Source of the DNA: an uncultured Planctomycetales bacterium
GTDB lineage: Bacteria; Omnitrophota; Gorgyraeia; Gygaellales; Profunditerraquicolaceae
Assembly: GCA_964645795.1 (NCBI GenBank)
Contig: CAZYCL010000004.1
Coordinates: 163,093-227,092 of the forward strand
Length of the DNA: 64,000 nt
Reading direction: 5' to 3'
Shown: positions 37,740 to 49,924 of the stretch, piece after piece
How the letters are laid out: every line of letters starts with the position of its first letter
How positions within the stretch are numbered: the stretch's first letter is position 1
Program-made: the position numbers and the translations under genes
The notes under the pieces: model-generated
What the model was told of the DNA's origin: nothing
Database searches by the model: none
What the model saw: the letters and a program-made list of their open reading frames with translations, nothing else

Positions 37740-38921
37740 GTGAAAGAATTCTTAGAAGGTTCGATGGCAGTAGCAAAGACGGTCTCTCTTTGCCGGCCGG
37801 GAGTCATCTCCGCCTACCCCATTACTCCCCAGACCCATATCGTTGAGGAGCTGGCGCAGATGGTGGCTGACGGCCATCTTAAATCCGAGTTTGTCAACGT
37901 TGAGAGCGAGCATTCTGCCTGCTCGACGGTCCTGGGGGCAGAAGCTGCCGGCGTCAGGAGCTATACGGCTACCAGTTCGCAGGGGCTTTTTTATATGTCG
38001 GAAGTCGTCTTCAACGTAGCCGGCATGAGGCTGCCGGTGGTGATGACCGTTGCTGCCCGCGCGATCTCGGCTCCGATAAACATCTGGAACGATCATCAGG
38101 ATGTGGTGAGTTTGCGCGACTCAGGATGGGTGCAGTTACACGCCGAAGACATGCAGGAGGTCGTGGATTTTCACCTTCTGGCTTACAGGCTGGGAGAAGA
38201 TAAGTCTATAATGCTTCCGGTTATGGTGTGCATGGATGGCTTTATCCTTACTCACGGCATCGAATCCGTAAATATGCCCACCCAGGAACAGGCGGATAAG
38301 TTCCTGCCCCCCTATAAGGCCCTCTATAAATTAGATGTGGAGAACCCGATAACCATGGGCCCACTCGTTGATCCCGAATATTATGCCGAGACCCGTTACG
38401 CGCTCTCAGAGACCCATAAGGATGTATTGAAGCTGATGCCCAAGGTCACCGCTGATTTTGCCAAGATCTTCGGCCGCAGCTATACCGGGTTGGTCGAGGG
38501 CTACCGTATCAAGGACGCAGAGAAGGTGATCGTGGCCATGGGTTCGGTCTGCGGCACGGTCAAGGACGTCGTCGACCAGATGCGCTCAAAGGGCAAGAAG
38601 GTCGGGCTTCTCAAGGTCTCCTGCTACCGGCCGTTTCCCGTGCAAGAGATATACGAGTCCCTGAAAAATGTCCCGAAAGTCGCGGTTATCGACCGGGCGC
38701 TGTCCCTTGGGTCTTTTGCGCCCTTGGCCGGCGAGATCAAATCCGTATTCTTCGGCAAGGCCAAGAAGCCCAAGCTTATAAGCAGCTTTGTCGTGGGGCT
38801 GGGCGGCCGCGATATTACCAAGGATTCGATCAAGGAAGTATTCAGCCTGCTTTCCGGAAAGGAAAGGCAGGGAGAGTTCATCGACCTGAAACCAGAACTT
38901 TTAAAGGAGAAGTATGAATAA
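37740..38921 (+). CDS. porA: pyruvate:ferredoxin oxidoreductase alpha subunit
   Basis: 393 aa. AYPITPQTHIVEELAQ with PFOR domains I/II. Confidence 0.9.
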   Translation: MKEFLEGSMAVAKTVSLCRPGVISAYPITPQTHIVEELAQMVADGHLKSEFVNVESEHSACSTVLGAEAAGVRSYTATSSQGLFYMSEVVFNVAGMRLPVVMTVAARAISAPINIWNDHQDVVSLRDSGWVQLHAEDMQEVVDFHLLAYRLGEDKSIMLPVMVCMDGFILTHGIESVNMPTQEQADKFLPPYKALYKLDVENPITMGPLVDPEYYAETRYALSETHKDVLKLMPKVTADFAKIFGRSYTGLVEGYRIKDAEKVIVAMGSVCGTVKDVVDQMRSKGKKVGLLKVSCYRPFPVQEIYESLKNVPKVAVIDRALSLGSFAPLAGEIKSVFFGKAKKPKLISSFVVGLGGRDITKDSIKEVFSLLSGKERQGEFIDLKPELLKEKYE

Positions 38922-39816
38922 GACATTGTTTAATCCGGGCCACACTGCCTGTGCCGGATGCGGCCAGTCTATGGCGGCCAGGATCGTCATCGAGGCAGCC
39001 GGGCCGAATACCATCATCGTTAACAATACCGGATGCCTTGAGGTTTTCTCGACAAAATACCCTGAGACGGCGTGGGGGGTTCCGTTCATACATTCATTGT
39101 TTGAGAACTCCGCCGCAGTAGCCTCGGGCGTGGAATCGGCCTTAAAGTACTTAGGGAAAAAAGAGGCAGTAAACGTAATAGCCCAGGGAGGCGACGGCGG
39201 GACCGCGGATATCGGTATCCAGGCGCTCTCCGGGATGATGGAAAGAGGCCACGATATACTTTATGTCTGTTATGATAATGAAGCATACATGAATACGGGT
39301 ATTCAGAGAAGCGGCCTGACGCCTTTTAAGACCAATACCACTACCAGCCCTGTCGGCGCCTGCTCCGCGGGAAACCTGCGGCCTAAAAAGCCTATGCCGG
39401 AGATAGCCAATGCCCATGGGATACCTTATGTGGCTACCGCCACTACCGGTTATCCCCAGGATCTGCAGCGCAAGGTCAAAAAGGCCATTAGCATCAAAGG
39501 CCCCAAGTATATCCAGATCAATGTCCCCTGCCCGTTGGGGTGGCGCTATGAGAATTCGCTTACGATACAGATAGGCAAGCTTGTTGTCGAGACGGGATTA
39601 TTCCCGCTTATAGAATATGAGAACGGCAAGCTCATCAATGTGCGCAAGCTCAATCCTCCCAAGCCCGTTGAAGAGTACCTTAAACTTCAGGGCAGGTTCA
39701 AGCATATTTTAAACAACCCGCAGGAGTTAAAGGCTGTCCAGGCCGTAGCCGACGCTAATATAGAAAGGTATGGTTTAAAGGCAGAAGCACAACCGGCAGA
39801 ACCAGCAGCCGGTTAA
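38914..39816 (+). CDS. porB: pyruvate:ferredoxin oxidoreductase beta subunit (TPP-binding)
   Basis: CAGCGQS, GDGGTADIG. Confidence 0.9.
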   Translation: MNKTLFNPGHTACAGCGQSMAARIVIEAAGPNTIIVNNTGCLEVFSTKYPETAWGVPFIHSLFENSAAVASGVESALKYLGKKEAVNVIAQGGDGGTADIGIQALSGMMERGHDILYVCYDNEAYMNTGIQRSGLTPFKTNTTTSPVGACSAGNLRPKKPMPEIANAHGIPYVATATTGYPQDLQRKVKKAISIKGPKYIQINVPCPLGWRYENSLTIQIGKLVVETGLFPLIEYENGKLINVRKLNPPKPVEEYLKLQGRFKHILNNPQELKAVQAVADANIERYGLKAEAQPAEPAAG

Positions 39817-39851
39817 GAGAGCGGGAGAGCCGCTTATCGAAGGAGGTTCAT

Positions 39852-40331
39852 ATGGGAAAACAGGCAAGGGCGATATCGGAGCTGAGTCTTAAAGAGCTGG
39901 TCAGGGACCTGAACAAGGCCTACGCCGATGAATGGCTGGCGTTCTATTTGTACTGGTATATGGCCCAGACCGTATCGGGGAAAAACTATAAAGGCCTTAA
40001 GGAGGCATTGGAGGGCATAGCAAAAGAAGAGTTGGAGCACGCCGAGGAGCTGGCAGACCTTATAACCAAGCTCGGAGACCTGCCTACGGCCAATCCTATG
40101 GAATTGGAAAAGAACGCCAACGCTCCCTACATGATGCCGCCCAAGAATTCAGCCGACTTAAACAGGATCATCCGGATAGTGACGGAGGCGGAGGCCGCCG
40201 CCATCGAGGTTTATCATAAACTGGCGAAGAAAACGCAAGGCAAAGATCATGTGACTTACCAGCTGGTCACGCATATATTGAGCGAAGAAGTTAATCACGA
40301 AGAGATATTCGAGAATCTTTTAGAGAGATAA
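39852..40331 (+). CDS. ferritin-like diiron-carboxylate protein (bacterioferritin/Dps-like)
   Basis: EELEHAEEL and EEVNHEE motifs in a four-helix pattern. Confidence 0.55.
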   Translation: MGKQARAISELSLKELVRDLNKAYADEWLAFYLYWYMAQTVSGKNYKGLKEALEGIAKEELEHAEELADLITKLGDLPTANPMELEKNANAPYMMPPKNSADLNRIIRIVTEAEAAAIEVYHKLAKKTQGKDHVTYQLVTHILSEEVNHEEIFENLLER

Positions 40332-40346
40332 AAAGGAGAGTTGGAG

Positions 40347-40526
40347 ATGAAGATTACGGTTGACGCTTCTACATGTGTGGGTTGCGGATTGTGTGAACAG
40401 ATATGCCCCGATGCCTTCGAGATACAGGCAGACGGCATTGCCCACGTAAAAGCCACAGCCCCCGGCAACTGCAATGCCAAAGAGGTAGCTGACCAGTGCC
40501 CGGTCAACGCTATTAAGGTAAGCTAA
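40347..40526 (+). CDS. small [4Fe-4S]/[3Fe-4S] ferredoxin
   Basis: CVGCGLCEQICP...CP; SD AAGGAGAG 6 nt upstream of ATG 40347. Confidence 0.8.
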   Translation: MKITVDASTCVGCGLCEQICPDAFEIQADGIAHVKATAPGNCNAKEVADQCPVNAIKVS

Positions 40527-40530
40527 GGTC

Positions 40531-41949
40531 CTAGCGCGCGTTAAAGCTGGAGTTCTTCAGCAACTCCTCCAGCAGGAGAGCGAGTTTTTCGTTCTTCTTC
40601 TGGAGGAGTATTTTTTTGCCGAACTCCCCCTTTTCTTCCCGGAATTTATTCTCGTCAATAGTGCTTTTGGATCTCGCCTTTATTATGTAAAACCCCGAAG
40701 GCATGGGTATGATGTCGCTGAACCCTCCGGGCTGGAGCCGGTCGGCGGCCAGCCAGAAATCATCGGATGAGCCTATGCCCTCGATGTAGGTGGCGAAGGT
40801 AAAGGAAGGAGGCTGGCCGTATTTTAACCCGAACTCAGAGGCCAGCTTTGCGAAATCCGCGGCTTTCGGGTTATTTGCGTAGTTCTCCCTTAATCTTGCA
40901 CGGCAGTTTTCTATCTTCTCCCGGGCCGTCTTAAGCCCGGCCTCTTTTTTGTAACTGGCAAGGACCCTTGCCTTGGCGGCGTCAAGATCGGGAATCCTGG
41001 TCTCCCGCTTTTCCTTCAACCGCAAGATCAAATATCGCTTATCCATTTTTAACGGCGGCAGGTACTGGCCGGGCTTCAGTTGGCCGGCGGCATCGATGAT
41101 TTGAGGTTGCCAGCCGATCTCGGGGATAGGATCGGTCTGGTTGAGGAACTCCGTTTCCTTGACCGTCAGAGCGTATTTTTTCGCAGCCTTGGCAAACTCT
41201 TCTTTTTTCTGCAGCATGATGAATAGGTTCCTGGTGTCTTCTTCGGAATCCAGGACCACATACTCAAGCTTAAAGGCGGGAGGTTCTTTAAATACCGCCG
41301 CATTGGCTTGGAAGTAATCTTTGAGCTCGGCATCCGAAGGTTTCAGGTCCCTGGCGAAATCCGCGGGGTTGGCCGCTATATAAGATATAGCTATCTCTTG
41401 GTTGGCCTTGCGGTACTCCTGCCATATCTCCTCATCGCTTACCGAAACATTCGATACGGCTTGTTCGTAAAGCTTCATCAGGATGAGGTTGTCGCGCATC
41501 TGTTCTTCGAAGGCCCTGGGCTGGATCCTCAGCATGTGCTGGAGGATCGTATAATAAGTTTTGCTGTCAAAGCCGCTTTTACGCATGAAGAACGGATGGC
41601 TTCTTATTGTTTCAACCACTTCCTCATCCGTCGCTTTTATGCCGCGCCTTTTGGCTTCGGCCAGCAGCACGATCCTCTCCCATGCCTGTTGCTGGAGGTC
41701 CAGGTTTTTTATGTTTTCCGGGATACCCGTGCCGAAGCGCATGAGAAGAAGGTTGCGGGTAGCCTCCATCGCTTCCTTGAATTCACGCAAGTCGACCATC
41801 TTGCCGTTAACCTGCCCGGCGTAACCCGATTCGTCTTTGCCGCGGATAGCGCTGCCCATCCCCCAGAATATAAAGGCCGGCAATATCAGCGCGGCCAGTA
41901 TTATCCAGATTTTTTTTGCCGTTTTCCTGTTGCGCAGGTTCTTTAACAT
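40531..41949 (-). CDS. periplasmic chaperone PpiD/SurA-like peptidyl-prolyl isomerase
   Basis: The only minus-strand gene. N-terminal anchor KIWIILAALILPAFIFWG, SurA-N-like domain, C-terminal parvulin-like region. Start ATG 41949 is preceded by AAGGAG. Confidence 0.7.
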   Translation of the reverse strand: MLKNLRNRKTAKKIWIILAALILPAFIFWGMGSAIRGKDESGYAGQVNGKMVDLREFKEAMEATRNLLLMRFGTGIPENIKNLDLQQQAWERIVLLAEAKRRGIKATDEEVVETIRSHPFFMRKSGFDSKTYYTILQHMLRIQPRAFEEQMRDNLILMKLYEQAVSNVSVSDEEIWQEYRKANQEIAISYIAANPADFARDLKPSDAELKDYFQANAAVFKEPPAFKLEYVVLDSEEDTRNLFIMLQKKEEFAKAAKKYALTVKETEFLNQTDPIPEIGWQPQIIDAAGQLKPGQYLPPLKMDKRYLILRLKEKRETRIPDLDAAKARVLASYKKEAGLKTAREKIENCRARLRENYANNPKAADFAKLASEFGLKYGQPPSFTFATYIEGIGSSDDFWLAADRLQPGGFSDIIPMPSGFYIIKARSKSTIDENKFREEKGEFGKKILLQKKNEKLALLLEELLKNSSFNAR

Positions 41950-42057
41950 AAAATCTCCTTTGAGCAATTATTATAAACGAAAAATTATCTATTTCAACAG
42001 AAATGCATTAAATAAATCCATCCTTTGGCGGCGGGGCGGCTAGATTTTACTAACTTC

Positions 42058-42086
42058 TTGACATATAATAGAATATGTTATATAAA
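42058..42086 (+). promoter_or_regulatory. sigma70-like promoter (TTGACA-17-TATAAA) for the atp operon, divergent from the ppiD-like gene
   Basis: TTGACA at 42058-42063, a 17-nt spacer, TATAAA at 42081-42086. Confidence 0.45.
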
Positions 42087-42118
42087 GTAAATGTATTTAG
42101 CGCAATTATTTTAAATTC

Positions 42119-42364
42119 ATGCCTCAGAAATCCAGGAATAGAGAACAGGGTTTCAAATTATACTGGGTATCCTCATTAGGCTTGAATCTGGTTGTGTGTC
42201 TGGCCATAGGCCTGGGACTGGGCCTGTATCTGGACAGGCTGACCAACAACGATTCTCTGTTTACCGTAATATTTACCCTGCTGGGAATAGCTGCCGGTTT
42301 CTGGCAGGTGATCAAGGAGATCCTCAAGCTCGATGCTTCCAGTAAGAGAAAAAACCCACTTTAG
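42119..42364 (+). CDS. atpZ: AtpZ/AtpI-like small membrane protein preceding the ATP synthase operon
   Basis: 81 aa with two TM segments (WVSSLGLNLVVCLAIGLGLGLYLD); position typical of atpZ. Confidence 0.6.
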   Translation: MPQKSRNREQGFKLYWVSSLGLNLVVCLAIGLGLGLYLDRLTNNDSLFTVIFTLLGIAAGFWQVIKEILKLDASSKRKNPL

Positions 42365-42704
42365 ACTTCTTATCGTCGAAAGCGGCCTGCTCCTTGTCTC
42401 TTTCTTTTTTCTGGGCGGCCCCCACATCGTTACCGGCATCCTGTCAGGGATCTTTATCAGTTTAGTCAGCCTTTTCTTCCTCACGCTGGGTTTAAGGAGG
42501 TTTGCCCCGGGCGATAAGGGCGGCGCCGTCGCCTATTTCTTCCGGGGGTTTGTCGTGCGGCTTGTCAGCGCGGGGATTTTTCTTTATCTTTTTATTGTGC
42601 TGCTTAAAAGCGATGTTGCGGGGCTGGTCATCGGGTTATTGCTGGGCCTGGTGATAAATACGCTTAGCTTATTGCGCCTCATAAAGGAAACAAAAGGCAC
42701 CTAA
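42333..42704 (+). CDS. atpI: ATP synthase protein I (AtpI)-like
   Basis: Hydrophobic protein of about 120 aa immediately upstream of atpB; start uncertain. Confidence 0.5.
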   Translation: MLPVREKTHFRLLIVESGLLLVSFFFLGGPHIVTGILSGIFISLVSLFFLTLGLRRFAPGDKGGAVAYFFRGFVVRLVSAGIFLYLFIVLLKSDVAGLVIGLLLGLVINTLSLLRLIKETKGT

Positions 42705-42707
42705 AGC

Positions 42708-43454
42708 ATGTCTCTTGTACCCGAGAGCATAGAGTATCACATCCGTTATATCCCCACCACGCTGCTCATGTCGTTTTTATCGTGGCTGGTCATAGGCATC
42801 CCTTCCCTTTTCATAGCTTGGGCTGTCAAGCGCACGCCGGCGGGGTTACAGAATTTCTTCGAGATCTGCTTTGAATCGGTGTTTAGCCTGGCAGATGAGT
42901 CCATCGGCGAAGAGGCCCGGCACTACTACCCCCTTTTTATCGGCATATTTCTATACATCGTCGTGGGCAACCTCATCGGCCTTATACCGGGGTTAATCTC
43001 GCCTACATCCGATTTTAACACAACCGTTGGCCTGGCGCTGGTAGTCTTTGTTTACTACAACCTTCAGGGTTTCCGTAAACACGGCATAGGATATTTGAAG
43101 CATTTTATGGGGCCGGAGCTGCCGTGGTTTATGTTCCCGGTGAGGATCCTGATGTTCATTATCGAGATCATCGGGAATTTAGCCCGGCCTTTTTCGCTTG
43201 CGCTTCGTTTATTCTGTAATATTTTCTCCAAAGAGATGCTCCTGGGCCTGCTTGCGCTCTTGACCGCCCAGTTCTTCCTCGGGGCCACCCCTATCGAGAA
43301 AATGCTTACGGTAGCCCCGTTATTACTGAGGCCTTTTATCATCCTTTTGGGGCTGATGCTCGGGTTGATCCAGGCCCTAATATTCCTGATATTATCCATA
43401 GCTTATGTGGCAGGAGCGGTGCAGTCGGAGGAACCGCATGAACAACATCACTAA
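42708..43454 (+). CDS. atpB: F0F1 ATP synthase subunit a
   Basis: LALRLFCNIFSKEM (the essential-Arg region). Confidence 0.9.
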   Translation: MSLVPESIEYHIRYIPTTLLMSFLSWLVIGIPSLFIAWAVKRTPAGLQNFFEICFESVFSLADESIGEEARHYYPLFIGIFLYIVVGNLIGLIPGLISPTSDFNTTVGLALVVFVYYNLQGFRKHGIGYLKHFMGPELPWFMFPVRILMFIIEIIGNLARPFSLALRLFCNIFSKEMLLGLLALLTAQFFLGATPIEKMLTVAPLLLRPFIILLGLMLGLIQALIFLILSIAYVAGAVQSEEPHEQHH

Positions 43455-43469
43455 AACGGAGGTGCAAAG

Positions 43470-43835
43470 ATGTTGAAGAGGACGGTAGCGGTATTTTTGG
43501 CGGCGTTCATCGTTTTTAGCGCTGGTTTGGTCTTTGCTGAAACCGCGGCTCAGGCCGCAGGCCAGGCTAGCCCCAACAGCACAAACTACTTTATCTGGAC
43601 GGTGATCGTCTCCGGTTTTGGATTGGCCGTGGCGGCCTCGATCTGCGGCATAGCGCAGGCCTTCGCCATCGTGCGTTCGGTAGAAGGTATCGCCCGTCAG
43701 CCCGAAGCTGCGCCCAAGATACAGCTGGTAATGATGATCGGCCTGGCGTTCATCGAGTCGCTGGTGCTCTATATCCTTTTTATCGGGATCATACTTTTGT
43801 TCGTAAATCCGTTTGCGAAGTATTTTGTAAGCTAA
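43470..43835 (+). CDS. atpE: F0F1 ATP synthase subunit c with N-terminal hydrophobic extension and Na+-type ion-binding signature
   Basis: 121 aa. Contains GIARQPEA and the helix-2 motif AFIESLVLY; Gln 12 residues before ARQPEA. Strong SD GGAGGTG upstream of ATG 43470. Confidence 0.85.
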   Translation: MLKRTVAVFLAAFIVFSAGLVFAETAAQAAGQASPNSTNYFIWTVIVSGFGLAVAASICGIAQAFAIVRSVEGIARQPEAAPKIQLVMMIGLAFIESLVLYILFIGIILLFVNPFAKYFVS

Positions 43836-43840
43836 ATTCA

Positions 43841-43904
43841 GGGTTTAGCGGATAGAGCTTAGGGCGTGCTTCTCTAGGCGCTAGCCGCTATACGCTATAC
43901 GCTA
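43841..43904. repeat. dispersed intergenic repeat element, copy B (inverted relative to copy A), abutting the atpF start codon
   Basis: TTTAGCGGATAG at 43844-43855 and GCTATACGCTATACGC at 43887-43902; AGGGCGTGCTTCTCTAGGCGCT resembles 16005-16028. Confidence 0.7.
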
Positions 43905-44399
43905 ATGATCGATATAAATCCCTCTATACTCATCGCACAGATAATCACCTTCCTTATCGCGGTCCTCGTGCTCTGGAAGGCGGCCTGGGGCCCGCTTTAC
44001 AACATCATGAAGGACCGCAGTCTCGGCATAAAGAACGACCTTGCCGCTGCTGCCGCCGCCCGGGAAAACGCAGAAAAGCTGGAGAAGGATTATAAGGCGG
44101 GCCTCCAGCGGATACAGGAAGAGGCCGCTGAGCTTATCCGCAAGGCCCAGGCCGAAGGAGGCCGGCAGAAAGAAGAGATCATCCGCGCCGCGCAGGAAGA
44201 GGCAGAGAAGCTTATCCGCAAGGCCAGGCAGCAGTTGGATGACGACAAGGACAGGATCATGCGCCAACTGCGCGGGGAGGTCGCGGGTTTATCGGTAGAA
44301 ATAGCCGAGAGGCTGCTAAAAGGCTGCCTTGATAAGAACATGCACGAGAAGCTTCTTTCCGAAGCGATGCAGCAGATCGATGGTTTAAGGAAAAATTAA
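43905..44399 (+). CDS. atpF: F0F1 ATP synthase subunit b
   Basis: N-terminal TM segment plus a long Ala/Glu/Lys/Arg-rich helix; there is no SD upstream. Confidence 0.8.
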   Translation: MIDINPSILIAQIITFLIAVLVLWKAAWGPLYNIMKDRSLGIKNDLAAAAAARENAEKLEKDYKAGLQRIQEEAAELIRKAQAEGGRQKEEIIRAAQEEAEKLIRKARQQLDDDKDRIMRQLRGEVAGLSVEIAERLLKGCLDKNMHEKLLSEAMQQIDGLRKN

Positions 44400-44425
44400 T
44401 ATCCCTGTTTAAAAAGGAGGATACT

Positions 44426-44965
44426 TTGTTAAAGGACAGGATGGTCGCGCGACACTACGCTCTCGCTTTTTACCCTCTTATCGAGTCGCGGTTTGCGGAG
44501 AACATGAAGATAATTGAAGAGATCTCCGGAATGATCCAGGACATAGAGGACCTGAATCTTTTTTTGAACCATCCTTTTTTCAAGATAGACAATAAGAGGG
44601 AGCTGCTCTCCAGGATCGCGGGGCTTGAGGCGCATCCCGAGATCGAAAGGTTCTTTTTGTTTTTGATCGAGAAGAAGAGGCTCAACGTGCTCGCCCAGAT
44701 ACTCGAGGAGCTGCATAATGTCCGTCGCGAAAAAGAGCTTGTAAAATCGGTGCTGGTAAAAAGCGCTTTTGCTCTTTCCGATTCCCAGAAGGCATCGCTG
44801 ATAGAGAGCATCAGCCGCTTGAGCGGTTCCAAGGTAGAGGCGCAGTTCGCCATCGAAGAAGAGCTTATCTCGGGCCTCCTGATAAAAATTGGGGACCAGG
44901 TCATTGATACAAGCTTGAAGACGCAGCTCAAGATCATCGGGCAAGAGCTGATTAAATACAACTAA
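44426..44965 (+). CDS. atpH: F0F1 ATP synthase subunit delta
   Basis: 179 aa, OSCP-like; SD AAGGAGG. Confidence 0.8.
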   Translation: MLKDRMVARHYALAFYPLIESRFAENMKIIEEISGMIQDIEDLNLFLNHPFFKIDNKRELLSRIAGLEAHPEIERFFLFLIEKKRLNVLAQILEELHNVRREKELVKSVLVKSAFALSDSQKASLIESISRLSGSKVEAQFAIEEELISGLLIKIGDQVIDTSLKTQLKIIGQELIKYN

Positions 44966-44975
44966 GGGTCTCATT

Positions 44976-46487
44976 ATGTCTATAGAAGGCAAGGACGTGA
45001 TAAGCGTTATCAGAAGAGAGCTCGAAGCCTGGCGGCCCAAGCTTGAGCTTAAAGAGGTCGGCTACGTCATCCAGGTCGGCGACGGCATTGCCCGTGTGTA
45101 TGGTCTGGATAATGCGATGTACGGCGAGCTGGTGGACCTGCCCAATAACGTAATGGGCATGGTCATGAACCTGGAGCAGGATAACGTAGGCTGCATCCTT
45201 TTCGGCGAGGACGACCTGATCAGGGAAGGGGATGAAGTAAAGCGGACCGGCAGGGTAATGGAGATCCCCGTAGGCGAGGCCCTTCTGGGCAGGGTGATCA
45301 ATCCTCTGGGCGAGCCGCTTGACGGTAAGCCTAAGGCGCAGACCAATAGCAGGCGTCCCATCGAGGTTATCGCTCCCGGCGTCATTGAAAGGCAGCCGGT
45401 AAAGGAGCCGCTGCAGACGGGCATCAAGGCTATCGATTCCATGATCCCCATCGGCCGGGGTCAAAGAGAGCTTATAATCGGCGACAGGCAGATCGGCAAG
45501 ACCGCTATCGCCATCGATACGATCATCAATCAAAAGAATGCCGTTAAACGGCCGGTCTGCATTTATGTGGCTATCGGGCAGAAGCAGTCTACGGTTGCCC
45601 AGATCGTCGATACGCTGACCAGGCATGGCGCCATGGAGTATAGCATCGTGGTTTCGGCTACCTCATCGGAGCCGGCGCCTCTGCAATATATCGCTCCCTA
45701 CGCCGGTTGCGCGATAGGCGAGGAGTTCCTCTGGCAGGGCAGAGACGTCCTCTGTATTTACGACGACCTGACGCGCCATGCCCAGGCTTACCGGCAGATA
45801 TCGCTGTTGCTCAGGCGCCCGCCGGGCAGGGAGGCTTATCCGGGCGATATATTCTATCTGCATTCAAGGCTTCTGGAGAGGGCCTGCAAGCTCTCGGATA
45901 AGAACGGAGGGGGGTCGTTGACGGCGCTGCCGATCATCGAGACGCAGGCAGGAGATATTTCGGCGTACATCCCGACCAACGTCATCTCCATTACCGACGG
46001 CCAGATATACCTGGAGAGCGGGCTTTTTTATTCGGGCGTGAGGCCCGCGATCAACGTAGGATTGTCGGTGTCCAGGGTAGGCGGGCATGCCCAGATAAAG
46101 GCCATGCGCCAGGTCGCCGGTTCCTTAAGGATAGAGCTGGCCCAGTATGCGGAGCTGGCCGTTTTTGCGCAGTTCAGTTCTGAATTGGACAAGAACTCTC
46201 TGGCGCAGCTGGCGCGCGGGGAGAGGATGGTTGAGGTGTTGAAGCAGAACCAGTACCAGCCGCTTCCGGTAGCGCAGCAGATCCTGGTGATCTTCGCCGG
46301 GATAAACGGATATCTTGATGATGTGGAGGTCAAGCGGGTCAGGGATTTCGAAGCCGCACTTTATGCTTTTGTGCGCGATAAGCATCCGCAGCTCCTCAAG
46401 GAAATAGACGAGAAAAAGATAATCGATGAGGCGATAAAGCAGCGCTTGCAAGATGCTATCAAGGAGTTCAAGCAGCAGTTCAAATAG
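44976..46487 (+). CDS. atpA: F0F1 ATP synthase subunit alpha
   Basis: P-loop GDRQIGKT; 503 aa. Confidence 0.95.
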   Translation: MSIEGKDVISVIRRELEAWRPKLELKEVGYVIQVGDGIARVYGLDNAMYGELVDLPNNVMGMVMNLEQDNVGCILFGEDDLIREGDEVKRTGRVMEIPVGEALLGRVINPLGEPLDGKPKAQTNSRRPIEVIAPGVIERQPVKEPLQTGIKAIDSMIPIGRGQRELIIGDRQIGKTAIAIDTIINQKNAVKRPVCIYVAIGQKQSTVAQIVDTLTRHGAMEYSIVVSATSSEPAPLQYIAPYAGCAIGEEFLWQGRDVLCIYDDLTRHAQAYRQISLLLRRPPGREAYPGDIFYLHSRLLERACKLSDKNGGGSLTALPIIETQAGDISAYIPTNVISITDGQIYLESGLFYSGVRPAINVGLSVSRVGGHAQIKAMRQVAGSLRIELAQYAELAVFAQFSSELDKNSLAQLARGERMVEVLKQNQYQPLPVAQQILVIFAGINGYLDDVEVKRVRDFEAALYAFVRDKHPQLLKEIDEKKIIDEAIKQRLQDAIKEFKQQFK

Positions 46488-46493
46488 CCCCAT

Positions 46494-49059
<2,566 letters not shown>

Positions 49060-49078
49060 ATAGGGCAAAGGAGAAATA

Positions 49079-49900
49079 ATGGATATCACCACAATTCTTG
49101 GATTGCTGGTCGGCTGGGGTGCGTTGGTAATCGGCGTCATCATGGAGGGGGCTAAGGTCACGCAGTTCCTGCAGCTCTCCGCCTTTATCATAATCCTGGT
49201 CGGCACGTTCGGGGCAACGCTTATCAGCTTTAGCCTCGAGCAGATGCTAAGCCTTCCGATGATCGCCAAGAATGCGTTCTTCGGCAAGAAGTTCGAAGTC
49301 ACCGAAATAGCCAACCTCATCGTCAGTCTTGCCGAAAAGGCCAGGCGCGAAGGGATGCTGGCGCTGGACAACGAGATACAAAGCATAGGCGATCAGTTCC
49401 TGCAAAACGGCGTGCAGCTGGTCGTAGACGGAAACGACGCCCAGCGCATCCGCTCGATACTCGAGACTGAGGTCGCCTTCCTCGAGGAGCGGCATAAGGT
49501 GGGGGAGAATATTTTTATGACCCTAGGCGGTTTTGCCCCGACATTGGGTATCATCGGGACGGTCATGGGGCTGATATTCGCGCTTTCGCACGGCGCGGAA
49601 GACCCGGCCGAGACGGTAAAGGCAATAGCCGTGGCGTTTTTGGCGACATTCTACGGCATATCTTTTGCCAACCTGATCTTTTTGCCCATCGCCAACAAAT
49701 TAAAATTGAGGAACGAAGAAGAGATGCTCCTGAAGGAAGTCATTATCGAAGGCGTCCTTGCCATACAGGCAGGGGAAAGCCCTCGCCTGGTCGAAGAAAG
49801 GCTTAAAGTTTTCCTTCCGCCGTCAAAGAGGATCCAGGTTTCCGGAAAGAGGCAGACGGCTTCCGAATCTCCCGGCGCGCCCGAAGAATCGCGAAAGTAA
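49079..49900 (+). CDS. motA: flagellar-type stator protein MotA/PomA family
   Basis: Four TM segments; LAEKARREGMLALDNEI and QLVVDGNDAQRIRSILETEV match the MotA cytoplasmic loop; GFAPTLGIIGTVMGLI. Confidence 0.8.
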   Translation: MDITTILGLLVGWGALVIGVIMEGAKVTQFLQLSAFIIILVGTFGATLISFSLEQMLSLPMIAKNAFFGKKFEVTEIANLIVSLAEKARREGMLALDNEIQSIGDQFLQNGVQLVVDGNDAQRIRSILETEVAFLEERHKVGENIFMTLGGFAPTLGIIGTVMGLIFALSHGAEDPAETVKAIAVAFLATFYGISFANLIFLPIANKLKLRNEEEMLLKEVIIEGVLAIQAGESPRLVEERLKVFLPPSKRIQVSGKRQTASESPGAPEESRK

Positions 49901-49924
49901 CTCAAACCTAACCGCAGCGACTTT

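Noticed and set aside
40527-40535. Bidirectional terminator between the ferredoxin (+) and ppiD-like (-) genes
   Set aside because: Only 4 nt separate the convergent stop codons, and no hairpin is evident. The transcripts probably terminate inside each other's 3' ends.
43602-43835. Shorter c-subunit starting at an internal GTG (about 77 aa)
   Set aside because: There is no SD before the internal GTG, whereas the upstream ATG 43470 has a strong GGAGGTG SD. The long form is kept, but flagged for verification.
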